64,000 bases of DNA, taken from Felis catus (Eukaryota). Location of the stretch: NCBI RefSeq assembly GCF_018350175.1, contig NC_058368.1, positions 211,112,001 through 211,176,000 of the forward strand. The letters are read 5' to 3'. The translations under genes and the position numbers were made by a program. Shown one piece after another: positions 49,618 through 62,306 of this stretch. The notes under the pieces were generated by a model, which saw nothing but the letters and a program-made list of their open reading frames with translations, was not told the DNA's origin and did no database searches. Every line of letters starts with the position of its first letter. The first letter of the stretch is position 1.

Positions 49618-50935
49618 GAAATTTGATTTGTGGCCTAATACATGGCCTATTTTAGTGAATATTCCATGGGCACTTGAAAAGAACATGCATTCTACAGTTG
49701 TTGGCTATAGTGTTCTATAAATGTGAATTGAGTTTTTAATCATGTTACATAAACTATCTCTCTCTATATATGTCCTTACTAATTTTTATTTGCATGTTCA
49801 ATTTGATATGAGGATGGTATGTTAACTCCTATGTTTATGTATTTGTCTATTTTTCCTTTTATTTCTGGAAATGTTTGCCTTATGTATTTTGGGGTTATAT
49901 AATTACATGAGTATAGATTTTTATTTTCCTGCTGAACCTGGATCCTTTTATCATTATGTAGTGTCACTCTTTTTATCTAATAATACTTCTCGCATTAAAT
50001 TCTACTTTATCTGATATTCGGTATACCTACATTAACTTTCTTTTGATTAATGTTTTGATGGTGTATTTTTTTCATACTTTTATGTTCAACCTTTCTGTGC
50101 CCTTATTATCTTATAATTGAAGCATTTAATCCATTTACATTTAATGCTATTACTGAAGTATTTGAATTTAAATCTGATATTTTAATATTTGTTTCCGGGG
50201 GCACCTGGGTGGTTCAGTCGGTTGGGCATCTGACTCTTGATTTTGGCTCAGGTCATGATCCCAGGGTCATGGGATTGAACTCCACGTTGGGCTCCACACT
50301 GAGCATGGAGCCTGCTTAAGATTCTCTCCCTCTCTCTCCCTCTGCCCCTCTTCCCTGCTCTCACTCTCTCTCTCTAAAATAAAAAAATTAAAATACATAA
50401 AAAATTTTGTTTTCCTTTTGCTCATCTATTCTTTGGTCTTTTTAAATCCCTTCTTGCTTCTTTTAATATATTGATCAATGATGATTTTTTAAATTATTTC
50501 ATCCGTTTTTTTTTATTACCTTGTTAAGTAGGCCTCTGTTAAAATTGTTTTAATGGCTACCCAAGGGTTATAGCATGCATCTTGCATGTGTCATGTAATT
50601 AAGTGAATTACAGTCTACTTTGTTAATATTTTAATCCCTTCCTAGATAATGCAAGTAGCTGACAATAACTTAATATCATTTACAACTCCTTCAGCCTTTT
50701 CCATTACGGTTATGCATTTTGATTCTACATATATTGATAAAGCCATAAGATATTATTGTTGTTGTGTTAAATATTTAATATTTATTTGGATTTACCCAAT
50801 ATTTGCTTTTTCTGGTGATCTTTGTTCCTTCTTACATTACCATGCCTCCATCTGTGATCATGTTTTACTGCCTGTAGAACTTCCATTAGTATTTTTTTTT
50901 AGTTCAGAGCTCCTGGCTGTGTATTTTCTCAGTTT
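49618..50935 (-). mobile_element. Ancient L1M, endonuclease-region fragment
   Basis: tggcctaatacatggcctattttagtgaatattccatgggcacttgaaaagaacatgcattct, catttaatccatttacatttaatg. Confidence 0.8.
50197..50403 (+). mobile_element. Older Can-SINE nested in L1M
   Basis: gggggcacctgggtggttcagtcggtt head; same subtype as the 3381 copy. Confidence 0.93.
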
Positions 50936-51202
50936 TAGTTTGGATTCATTTCTCTCTGGTCCCCTCATTCCTAAGTTAATGCCTCTCAAGACTCAGTCAC
51001 CTTGTCAGCTCCTAGCCTAGTGAGACTGCCTCACATCACAGCATTTTATGCTAGTCCACATCCATTCCCTGCTTCAAAACTTGGCAAATGCCTCAAGTAT
51101 AAAAGAGCAGAGGCCAATGTGAGAATTGACTCAGTGCACATCCCTTATCTCTGAGACCTTGGATTCCTCTGGGTGACTCCAGCCTTTAAAGAGTTGGTGA
51201 CA

Positions 51203-51600
51203 CATATATTTAAAAAATACATATATTTAATATGTATTATACCTTTAATATATATTTGTGTTACATTTATTTATATATATTGATATATGTATATACACAA
51301 GTGTATAGATATATGCATACATATATCTGTACTATATAGATATATATGTATAATATATTTTAATATATGTTATATATACAATTAATATAATATTTATATA
51401 GTATTATAATTTATATAATTAATATATTAATTGTAATTACATATGATTACATATTATGTAGTATTATAATTTTATAATTATACTATACAATATGTATTAA
51501 CTAATTGTAATAATATATATTAATTATATAGTATATAGTATATAATAATAAATATAAAAATGAATATATATATTTATCTATACTATATAAATATATAGAT
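51203..51600. repeat. Degenerate (TA)-rich low-complexity tract
   Basis: About 400 bp that is almost entirely A/T. Confidence 0.9.
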
Positions 51601-52064
51601 GTTGTTAGCAGTATATTAGTGTGAATAGTGTGAAACAAGCTACTCCATCTTGGTTAGAGGTAAGGTGGAACTTCTCACTCTAAGAATAAGGAAAAGGATT
51701 TTGTAACATTGAATTTACCATCCCAAAGACATTCTCAAATGTCAGGCTATATGGATTCCCAAGACTCTTTGGCACGCACACAAGACACAAAACCACTATT
51801 TCTTGTCATATGCTTAAAGGTGTATGATGGGAGCCCAGCTTAGCCACAAACCGCCAGATGATACTGACATATCAATGATTACTACTCAGAAACAACATAA
51901 CAAAACCAACATAATCTACAAGGGCAAACAAACACAATCAGTTGAAGAGATTGCTGCTTTTACTGCAGGGACTGCAAGAGTTCTATAATACAGCCATTAT
52001 ATTTGTGCCTTACAACTTGTGCTCATTGAAGGCCTCTTTTGAGAATCTTTAAGAATAAGTTGGC

Positions 52065-52258
52065 AAACCATAAGAGACTCTTAAATACAGAGAACAAACT
52101 CAGAGTTGAGGGGGCAGGAGCGGGGAATGGGTGATGGGTATTGAGGAGGGCACTTGTTGGGATGAGCACCAGGTGTTGTATGTAAGCGATGAATCACAGG
52201 AATCTAAAACCAAGAGCACACTGTATACACTGTATGTTAGCTAATTTGACAATAAACT
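52065..52258 (+). mobile_element. 5'-truncated felid L1 3' end
   Basis: aaaccataagagactcttaaatacagagaacaaact ... gatgagcacc ... tgacaataaa; homologous to the reverse complement of 31650-31870. Confidence 0.92.
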
Positions 52259-52646
52259 ATGCATATATATATATGGATATATATATATATGGATATATAT
52301 ATATATATATATGTATGGATAAGCCTACATACATGGCTTATATATGGATAAGCCTACATATATATATATATATATATATATATGGATAAGCCTACATATA
52401 TATATATATGGAGGCTTATATATAAGCCTCCATATATATATATATATATGGATAAGCCTACATATATATATATATGGATAAGCCTACATATATATATATG
52501 GATATATATATATATATATGGATAAGCCTACATACATGGCTTATATATGGATAAGCCTACATATATATATATGGATATATATATATATATATATGCATAA
52601 GCCTACATACATGGCTTATATATGGATAAGCCTACATATATATGTG

Positions 52647-52695
<49 letters not shown>

Positions 52696-52704
52696 ATAAG
52701 CCTA
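52259..52704. repeat. Compound (TA)n / GGATAAGCCTAC minisatellite at the L1 tail
   Basis: Repeated tatggataagcctaca units separated by (TA)n, including inverted ggcttat copies. Confidence 0.95.
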
Positions 52705-53914
52705 GTCCCATTTTTTATACCTATAAAGTATCAGAGCTTTGTCTCATATTTCTCTTCAAGATTAAGAGGAGGACACTGAAAGCTAATGCTGTAAACATCC
52801 GCAGTAACATCCCCAAAACTTGGCTAAAGCAACACAAAGACTCACTCATCAAGCTGATTAAGTCACTTGATGAACTCTGTGGTTCACTCTGTGGACTACT
52901 CTAACTGAGCATGGGAGAGGAAGGAGGTTGAGAACAATCAAGATTATAGTTGAGAAAGCAAGATATTTCCCAGTTATTATCATGAATTATTTTCCCCAAG
53001 AATGTCTTTTATGGACGTTATTATTACAAAATTCAGTTGTCACCTTTTCAGTCCATGCTATCCAAAAAAAAGTTGGTTATAGTTGGAAATTTATCCCAAT
53101 ATGGAAAAGATTCAAGGAAACAATGGTGTATGCCAAACTATCTAGAATAACCCACCATGGAACACGACCATGAAGCCATGGACAAAAATTCATATTCATT
53201 GTAAAGGATTATTCTAAGACAAATAAAAAAGGTATGATTGTGGAGGATTCCATCTTAAAGTGTTCCAAAACATATCTCCTTCCATCTCAACAATCAAAGC
53301 TCTGGATCGTTATTTGCAACACATGAATGCTGAACAGTATTATTTCCCACCATAGCCCTATATGTATTGAAGTTGTATATCAGAAACTTGTGAATGGAAA
53401 ACATTACTTTCAAGCAAATGACCATGTTGAAAAGGTTGTCCTGATGGAGATTGTCCAAGGGAGACTGACTATTAACACATTCTAGGTTTCTCTCTCTTGG
53501 AGTATGATTCCATTCCATGTTCACCAGGAGAATTTGGTTCTGCTAAAATATTCATGATACTGCATTGTCTTAATTTGTCTTAGGCATTTCCTACCATACC
53601 TTCATACAGATTAATCAGAGAGTCAATAGTACACAAATGCATGGGATGCAGATGTGCATTGCTGGTGTTTTTACTAACTCTTTGAGTTCTTGTTAGTTTT
53701 TTGTTCCTGTAGTAAAATGTTGCAATGATTTGGGCAGGGGGCAAGGTGGTTGTTGGAGGAAGAGAGGAACACATGGAAGAAGTCATTCCAGAGTAGTTTT
53801 TTGCCCCACTAAAAGACTGTGACTAAAATCTCTTTGAGTCTGTAAGTCCTCACACTGAGTAGAACTGCTTGAGTAAGAACTGAGTCAGGAAATGTGGGGT
53901 TTGTGAACGTTTTA

Positions 53915-54979
53915 TAGGTCATCCATTAACTGACATTTCAAACATAAATGTACAAAGTGGAGTCCTTATTTCTCTTTCCCTAATAAGTGAACCATCCTCA
54001 ACCGAGACTCAATCCAGAGATTTATAAATTATCCTTGATTACACTTTGTCACTCCCTATATCCGTTCCAATTAGCTAGTCTTACTATCTTTACCTCAAAT
54101 ATCTATCTCAAATCTCACCTCTCTTCTCCAGTTCTACTGCTGCCATGCTGATCATAAGATTATCATCTTTGAGCTGGGCTTAGTCCTCTAGTAGCCTCGT
54201 CCAGAAGCCAGATTCCACTGTTTCCATCATTCTTCCCCCACCCCCCCACCCCCGCCTCTCTCTCCACTTTATTTTATACATAGTTGCCAAAGTGATCCAG
54301 AAAAAAAGCTATATCATGAATTAAAATTTTTGTAGCTTCTCCATGTACTTTGAATAGAATCCAAATCTCTAGACCCTGATGCATTCAGCCCCTATGTGTT
54401 CTGCAGTCTTCTAGAAGACTCCTTTTGCCCTACACGCTAGCCATGCTAACCTCAAGCAACTCAAGTTCTCTCGCAGTTCAGGGCTTTTTGCACCTGCTGT
54501 CCTCTGGTTAGAATGCCTTTTCTCTGGCTCTCAAGCAGTTGACTCTTCTCCATTCCTTATGTACCAGCTTACCCAGTTTATACTTATCCTTCCCTGACCA
54601 CCCATTGATAAATTGCCCTTGGCTTCATTGGTTGTCACACCCCATTTACTTTCTCCTTGAAACTTACCATTGTCTGTAATTGTTGTGTTTATCAGCAGTT
54701 TTTATTTTTTAATAAAACAACTGTCTATGCTTGTTTCTTGTCTTGGCTTGAAATACATCTAGCTTCGTCTCAAACCTCAGCTTCTATAAGTAGAGGTCCT
54801 GGCCAGATATCTGCAGCATATGAATTGCCAGAGCCTCCTGAAAAGTGGTAATGCAGTGTGCTGACATTTATTTGAGCAGTGACCAAGTCTGTCTGTTCAT
54901 CACTATGTCCCTCATACAATGCTTCTACATAGTAAGCAATCAGTAAATATTTGATGCAGGTATTAATGAATGAATGAAC
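53915..54979 (+). mobile_element. L2 3' portion
   Basis: tttacctcaaatatctatctc, gaatagaatccaaatctc, gggctttttgcacctgctgtcc; ends cagtaaatatttg..aatgaatgaatgaa. Confidence 0.85.
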
Positions 54980-55569
54980 TTCTCATTAATGTTGGAGCCA
55001 AAGAAACTTGAAGTTTAAAAAGTTAAGAAGTTTTGGCACTTGAAGAGCATTAGGAGATCAACGTAAATCTCCTTTGATATTGCTATGGAATCTGTGATTC
55101 CATTTACATGTATGATTTCAGGAACACGTGGGCTTCATGTAGTCAAATACATGCCCAGGTGACATGTCAGACTCTTTGCCTTACACATTTGACTCTGAGA
55201 GTACCAACCTTGAACAGAACTTAAAGACAGCCCTCACTCCTTCAGAGCATGTTCATGTTCATGTGGCCTCAATGTCAGTTTACTTGGTCATTATCTTATA
55301 TCCTAGCTCCTCCTCAGAAAGTGGTGTTCATCTGGATACATCAAGTCCCAGTGTTCAGGCAAGACAAATCCCACATCAATCTGGCAGGCTTGTCAGAAAG
55401 CTTAGGTCTTTGCTCTACAAATAAGAACAGGGAACCCCCAGTTGTAGAGGGAAGTCTGATCCAAAGAGACTCACTGGTAGAAAATAGAGGCATGTTCACT
55501 CCAGGTGTCCATTGGAATATATCAGTGTACTCTCTTCCCACTGACAGATGGCAATAACTCCAAAAATAG

Positions 55570-55716
55570 AGCTGGGTGGGGGGATGGGCAAAATAAATGG
55601 GATTAAGAGTACACTTATCTTGGTTAGCACTGAGAAGTGGGTATAATTGCTGAATCATTACATTGTACACCTGAAACTAATATAACGTTATGTTAATTAT
55701 ACTTGAATAAAAAAAA
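55570..55716 (+). mobile_element. Short carnivore L1 3' end
   Basis: gggattaagagtacacttatc, ttgtacacctgaaactaatataac, aataaaaaaaa. Confidence 0.85.
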
Positions 55717-56444
55717 CCACAGTGTAAAAAAGCTAATCATGTCAGTTACAAGCTGTCAAAATGGAGATGGGGTAGAGGAAACTGCCAGGTACTTGCAGAT
55801 ATTGAGCATATGGAGAGGTAGAATCTGAATCTGGTCCTACAACCAGTGTTCTCCTTGGACACGTCGCCCCCCTGGTTGGCCTCCCTTTCTTTGGCTGAGA
55901 TATGAAGCCACTGGACCAGCTCATCTCTTTCAGCTTTCTCAGATGTGACTCTTTGACTTGAGAAGTCTTGTATTCTAAAACTGCAATCCAAGCCAAAATA
56001 TCCTCACAGGGTTCTATGTGTCATTATATACTTACTGTTCTCCTAGAGTTTCATAAAATAAGAACCCAGTGAAATTCATTTTTATGCTACTTTTGTATTC
56101 CTGCTTATTCTGAATAGAAAAATCCTTGTATATACTTCCTCAAAACATGGAAGAAAAATATAAAAAATGCACCCTGGAGGCCAAGAAGCTTTTTTTGGTT
56201 AAAGACAAGGTTGGGTCCAATGAATATGGGCTGCTTGCGCTTTGTGGTTTGTTTTGAAAGCTAATCTTGAACTTAAACTCTTATGTAGTCTATCAGAAAG
56301 CTAAAGGAGATTGAAGTCTACAAAATACTGATGCTAAGATAGATAATTTTACTTCCTGCCGTACAAGTTGTAACCAGGACTTCTGTCACCACAAACGCTA
56401 ATAAGCCTTTTGTTGCTGGGAAGAAGAAAATGTCAGCAGGTCTT

Positions 56445-56940
56445 GACTCAGCCATAAAAAAGAATGAAGTCTTGCTGTTTACAATGGCATGGATGGAGCT
56501 AGAGACAATTATGCTAAGTGAAATAAGTCAGTCAGAGAAAGACAAATACCATATGATTTCACTCATGTGTGGAATTTAAGAAACAAAACAAACAAGCATA
56601 GAGATAAAGAGAGAGAGGCAAACCAAGAGACAGACTCTTAACTATAGAGAACAAATTGAGGGTTACCAGAGGGGAGGTGGGTGGAGGATGGGTTAAATAG
56701 GTGATGGGGATTAAGGAGTGCACTTGTGATGAGCATCAGGTGTTGTATGGAGGTGTTAAATCACTAAGTTGTGCACCTGAAACTAATACTACACTGTATG
56801 TTAGCCACCTGGAATTTAAATTAAAAATTTAAAAATAAATAAAACTTATTAAAGTGAAATAAATATCAACTTATATTAAATATTAATATTAAAGTTAAAT
56901 AAATAAACGTATTAAATAAGTTTAATAAACGTATTAAAGA
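56445..56940 (+). mobile_element. 5'-truncated carnivore L1 with complex AT tail
   Basis: cagccataaaaaagaatgaagtcttg ... atgctaagtgaaataagtcagtcagagaaagacaaatacc ... ggaatttaaa; possible short TSD aggtctt. Confidence 0.92.
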
Positions 56941-57100
56941 CCCCAAAAAAGGTCTTAAGACAAATATTAGAATTAAATGCCCAGAATTTGTCTTTATGCA
57001 AGAGACTCACTGGTTAAGTGACAGCCATTTATTGTGACCATGTATGACGATCCACAGAAGAATATAATTAGGTGATAAATCCACAGCAGCTCAAGGTTTT

Positions 57101-57548
57101 GTTTTTTAAGTTTTTAACTGAAGTATAGTTGACACATCAGTTTATACATTTAAGTATAGTTGCTACATTAGTTTCAGGTGTATAACATAGTGAGTGGACA
57201 AGTCTATACCTTATGCTGTGCTCACTGTAAGTGAAACTACCATCTGTCACCATACAATATTACAATGCCATTGACTATATTCCCTATGCTGTGCCTTTCA
57301 TCCTCGTGAAGTAACTGAGAGCCTATATACCTCCCTCTGCCCTCCGCCCATTTTGCTCATTCCCCACCCCTCTCCCATATGGCAACCATCAGTTTGTATT
57401 CTGTATTTAGGGGTATATTTCTCCTTTTTTTTGTTTGTCTGTTAATTTGTTCTTTTCTTTAGATTCCACATAAAAGTGAAATCATATTGTGTTTGTTTTC
57501 CCCTGTGTGAATTATTTCACTGAGCATCATACCTTCTAGGTCCATCAC
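57101..57548 (-). mobile_element. 5'-truncated L1 (older carnivore or L1MA9-like 3' end)
   Basis: gaagtatagttgac, ttagtttcaggtgtataacatagtg, ttagattccacataaaagtgaaatcat; TSD ctcaaggtttt at 57090-57100 and 57554-57564. Confidence 0.9.
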
Positions 57549-58418
57549 CAGAACTCAAGGTTTTTAAAGCCTTGAAAAACTGGCTTTAAAAAGTGTCACC
57601 TGGAAACCTTCAAGCTTCCCTTTCTCACAAGACTTTTAGAGTAGGCCTAGGGTCACCAGTGTTTCAAGGATCTCAAGGAAAAGGCTATTTTGCTTGCAAA
57701 ACTATCCTCTGTGAAGTCCGATTTTCCAACATGGATCTGCACTGCCAACTGTCCTGGCTGTGGCAGGTGTTCATCAGCTAAATCAAGAGGACAGCGGGGG
57801 CATTTATGCACATAATCCCAAGTCAGCGCTCACCCCCTCCCTCAGAAAATGGAAAGAAGCTTTCCTGATGAAGCAAGGAGTCTTTCCATTTAAAAAGAGT
57901 TAATGGATCTTCTATGACTTATGCCACGATCAGATATTCCCAGGACAAAGCATTTGGTGAGCTGGACACCATTCAGCTAGTTCCTTCAGTTTTCTACTGC
58001 ACTTTGCTTCTGTAATTATGGCCACAGTTTTGAAAATAAAATGGTGTTGATAGAGTTGAGACTTCAGGGATCAGAATGCCTCTGAAGAATAGTACCATAT
58101 TCGTTTGTAGAATGATGATCCCACAGAGGTCACTTCCCTATCAGTAATCTGTGGTCATGCTGAAGGGACATCCAGACCATCTAGATTATCCCTTTGCAAC
58201 CAGCATCAGGCCTCTGTGGGACCAAATAATTTCAGAGCTGTATTATACTAGGAGACAAGAGCAGGATAGCAAGGCCCCTACAAGAGTTAAATCACTTTCT
58301 AGGGTTACACAGGGAGCTAGACATGAAGCCAGGATGAGAATTGGTGGCTCTCTCATTGCATCATTATGTTCTCTGATGGCTTGCAAGGGAGAATATAATC
58401 CAAGCCTTGGAAGGTAGG

Positions 58419-58720
58419 TGGAGGTAAGCAAATTATTTTTGTAAGGGGCTGGATAGTAAATGATTTTGACTTCAAAGGCCATATGATCTTTGTGGCAACT
58501 ATCCAACTCCGTTATTGTAGCCAAGTACATAATGAAATTTGTGTGGCTTTGTGTCAATAAAGCTTTATTAATGAACACTGAAATATGAATTTCACATTTA
58601 TCAAATGTCACAAAATACTGTTTCATCTTGGATTTTTTTTCAATTATTTAAAAATGTGAGAAACATTCTCAGCTCATGGTGGGCTGGTTTTGGCCTGGGC
58701 CAGGCATGTGCCTACTCCTA
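58419..58720 (+). mobile_element. MER58B-like hAT-Charlie element
   Basis: gtaaggggctggatagtaaatg, caataaagctttatt, acactgaaatatgaatttcac, atttaaaaatgtgagaaacattctcagctc. Confidence 0.85.
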
Positions 58721-59764
58721 TTGTAGAGTGACATATCTCAGCCCATGAGAGAACTGATTCTTTGTCTTGGGTCATACCCATCCCCTATGGCTCCATTCCA
58801 TACCTCGGAGCTTCAGATCTCACTCATTTGTCCTCTGCAGAGGTGCTGTCACATTAGACTGTGAAGTTAGATCACTTACATTTCATCTCTGAATGCCTTA
58901 TTTAATAAAAGTCATCCTAGGTTACAGGACTTACTCAGAAAAGGACGTAGAGGAAGAATTCCTTCTGACAAACACAGACTTGACCACAAATGCCAGTTAT
59001 ATTGTCAGTGAGTGTTGGTGGTTTGGATCACACTTAATAACATCAGACAAAAGGGATTGTGAATGTTGCCTGTTAACATGGCTTTCGTGGAAAATACAGA
59101 AAATGCCCAAAACTCCTTGCTGACATTGCTGACTGCATGTTTACATTGAAAGGAAATATTTGGGTTTGTATGTAAATAACTGCCTCTAGAAATCTGCCAC
59201 ATTCCTTGGGTTGGTTGGAATTCTACTGTCCCATTCTTTAGACAAGCCTGGTTTGTTTGCTCGCTTAACATAACAGCCAAATGTTTTCTTAAAATCCAAG
59301 AGCTTTCTCTGTTGCTGACACTGTTTGTTGGTATCAGAAGGATGGACAGCCCTCTAGGAACACTAGTTTTTTTCTGGATTGAGAACATGCAGATGCAGTC
59401 TGTGGTTTTTCGGACTTGGATGAGGGCCATAGGTCTAAATTAAGGGAATAATGCCTTTTGCTCAGTTTCCTTTCTTGACTGGAGTGTCCTTACAGGAAAA
59501 GAGTGAGTCATGAAGGTTTTCTGGAAGCCAAGAGAAGGCTAAGACATGTCACATCAGTTAGTTGCCACAGTGGTGACTTTTGGCTGGAGCCACCACAAAT
59601 GAAGGGCTCCAGGTGGGTCACTAGAGCTATAATCCAGACCCTGCCTTGAGATATAAGGCCCTGAGAGCCACTAACTCTTACTGTTCTTGCACTTTTGTCA
59701 CACATGACACTACCTCATGAGAATTACAGATACTGGTACAATGTTGCCTGTTGGGATATTTATG

Positions 59765-60290
59765 GTCACCAAGACTTTTTGGTTGCAAGGAATGGAACCC
59801 AACTCACACTGACTGTACAAATATAAACACATAAAAAAATAAGTACCATTCACTCAAAAGTCTGAAAAAAACTATGGGTTGATCTTTAGTCATAATTGCT
59901 TCCAGTATTTAAGGAGCAAATATCATCTCTCCTTTCCTTTTTTTTTGTCTTTATCTCTGCGTTCATCTGTGTTGCCTTCATCTTCTGACAGACTTTCTCC
60001 ATGTGGATGGAAAGCTGGACGCTGGCATTTCTGGACTCATAGGGTCCTTACAACTCACAGTCTCAAAAGGAAAGAGCCTCTCTCCCAGCATCTATTTCTG
60101 TCTCTGTGAAAAAAACCTCACTTGTCCTTGCTTCAGTAATATGCTCACCCTTGGACTTAACAACGAGTATCAATGAATACTCTGGCTAGTGTAGGCCACA
60201 CGTTCTCCTGTCTGGTCTTACCAGAATCATGTGGAGTGAGGAGGAGGAAGTTTTGATGAAAGAATGTGGGACAAACACAAAATGAAAAGC
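59765..60290 (-). mobile_element. Old MLT1 (MaLR) LTR, MLT1J/K-like
   Basis: gactttttggttgcaaggaatggaacccaactcacactg start; ctgacagactttctccatgtgg; atgctcacccttggac. Confidence 0.6.
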
Positions 60291-60905
60291 AATGCACTAC
60301 ACTAGTAAATTATTTGTTTGCATTTAGTAAAAATATGCTTTTCATAAGGAGTAAGCAAGTCAGAAGCCACCTGGTGAATCTTTGTTCTTTCTCCATTCCC
60401 TGGTCTTCTTTGTTCTTTCACTGAGCTATGGGCTGAAGTAATACAAATGAAAAACACCCGATCTCGCTGTCAGTACTATCATGGTCTAGTTCAGGAGAGC
60501 AGCACATAAACAGCAACATGCAAGTTATTGCAGTAGGCTGTGATATTTGCTCAAGGTGCTGCTAATCCACTCACTGTGGGCCAAAGACGACAGGTATAAA
60601 AGAGTTCATCTTCCTCTGCTATTGTGAGGATTTAGATAGTGCACAGGCTCGGATGCCAATGCTATTATTACTGCCTTACAGAAGCCTGCCTTAATTCTGA
60701 TGAAAGGATCATCATTTTCAGCACAACCCTCTGAATTCCCAGAGTGGAAAGCTAGCAAATATATGGCTTGCAGAGGGAGCCTCATACCATGGCCAGGACA
60801 TAGCAAGAAAGTAATACATTTTCAATTAATGTTTAAGGGAAAATTAATCAGTAGATTCCTCAGCTGGGAAGGAGACATTAGAATACACACAAAAAAGTAT
60901 TTTTC

Positions 60906-61133
60906 GAGGCATCTGGTGGCTCAGTCAGTTAAGTGTCTGACTTCAGCTCAGGTCATGATCTGGCGGTTCATGAGTTGAAGCCCTGCATCGGGCCCTGTGC
61001 TGACAGCTCACAGCCTGGTGCCTGATTCGGATTCTGTGTCTCCCTCTCTCTGCCATACCCTCCCCACCACCCCCCACCCCCCGCTCGCACTCTGTCTCTC
61101 TCAAAAATAAATAAAATTTAAAAAATTTCTTTT
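60906..61133 (+). mobile_element. Can-SINE with a C-rich internal expansion
   Basis: TSD aagtatttttc at 60895-60905 and 61134-61144. Confidence 0.93.
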
Positions 61134-61692
61134 AAGTATTTTTCAAGGTTCCCTTTAAAAACTGCCAAAACTTACCAAAAGCGATATTCAGATAGGAAGA
61201 CAGATGACTTTTCAAGAAGAGATATTGTAATCTCTAGGGAAAAAGAGAATATAATCCTCGGGATTTCACTGCTTTGGTTCTTTCTTCACCTTCTTCAGGC
61301 TTTCCCATGGCTTTCAAAGATGAGGCCATGTGTGCTCAAAATCGAAGCCTGAGGGTTTTGGAATCCCTGACTCCCAGGAGTAAAATAAGATGTTTGGATG
61401 AATGGGGGCCCACAATCCTGTCCAATGTAGATATGCTGTGATCCTGTGCCCAATTTTCTGATCTATATTCTGTTTACATTGGATGTGGCGTAAGCAACCC
61501 ACTAAGAACCACCAAGCTCTGCTCTGTTAAGGCTTGAAGAGAAGTCCTCTCCCTGATGAGACAGCTCATCAACCAGGAAATGGTTAGTCAGACCAGCTAT
61601 GATAGCATCTGCACCTCAGTCCCCCTGAAGTGTCCACGAAGTTCTCCCCAAATCCATGCCATGCATAGGAAGTCAAGAAGATACTGTATTGA

Positions 61693-61906
61693 GGGGCGCC
61701 TGGGTGGCGCAGTCGGTTAAGCGTCCGACTTCAACCAGGTCACGATCTCGCGGTCCGTGAGTTCGAGCCCAGCGTCAGGCTCTGGACTGATGGCTCAGAG
61801 CCTGGAGCCTGTTTCCGATTCTGTGTCTCCGTCTCTCTCTGCCCCTCCCCCGTTCATGCTCTGTCTCTCTCTGTCCCAAAAATAAATAAACGTTGAAAAA
61901 AAAAAA
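61693..61906 (+). mobile_element. Young felid Can-SINE (SINEC_Fc type)
   Basis: 18-bp TSD aagaagata(c/t)tgtattga at 61675-61692 and 61907-61924. Confidence 0.97.
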
Positions 61907-62270
61907 AAGAAGATATTGTATTGATAAAAATTTGCACTGCCAGTGAGAGTTCGGGCCCCATACTTGGGGAAGAAGTGCATATTTCAGATCCAAGATACTG
62001 CCCTCAGCCCAGCTACATGAAGTTCTATTTACAAAAGAGTAAAGGAATTGATGTTCTCAATACTGAGGAAAGCTGAGTCCAATCTACCTTAGATATCATT
62101 TCTTTTACACCAAAAACTCAATCAATAGATCATTGTCCCTGGATAACTGTTGTATTTTTTTCCAAGTTAAGGTTGTCTGTAAACACGGTGAATGTGGTAA
62201 CTACATTTTATTTTAGGTTTTCATTTCCAGTAAGAGCACATATCAGGCTTTCAATACATATTTGTAAAAT

Positions 62271-62306
62271 GATGGATGGATGGATGGATGGATGGATGGA
62301 TGGATG
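62271..62306. repeat. (GATG)9 microsatellite
   Basis: Directly visible. Confidence 0.95.

Noticed and set aside
52189..52904. CRISPR-like or repeat-protein appearance ([15 protein letters not shown] repeats)
   Set aside because: The intervening sequences are only (TA)n, the context is mammalian and there are no cas genes; it is a minisatellite.
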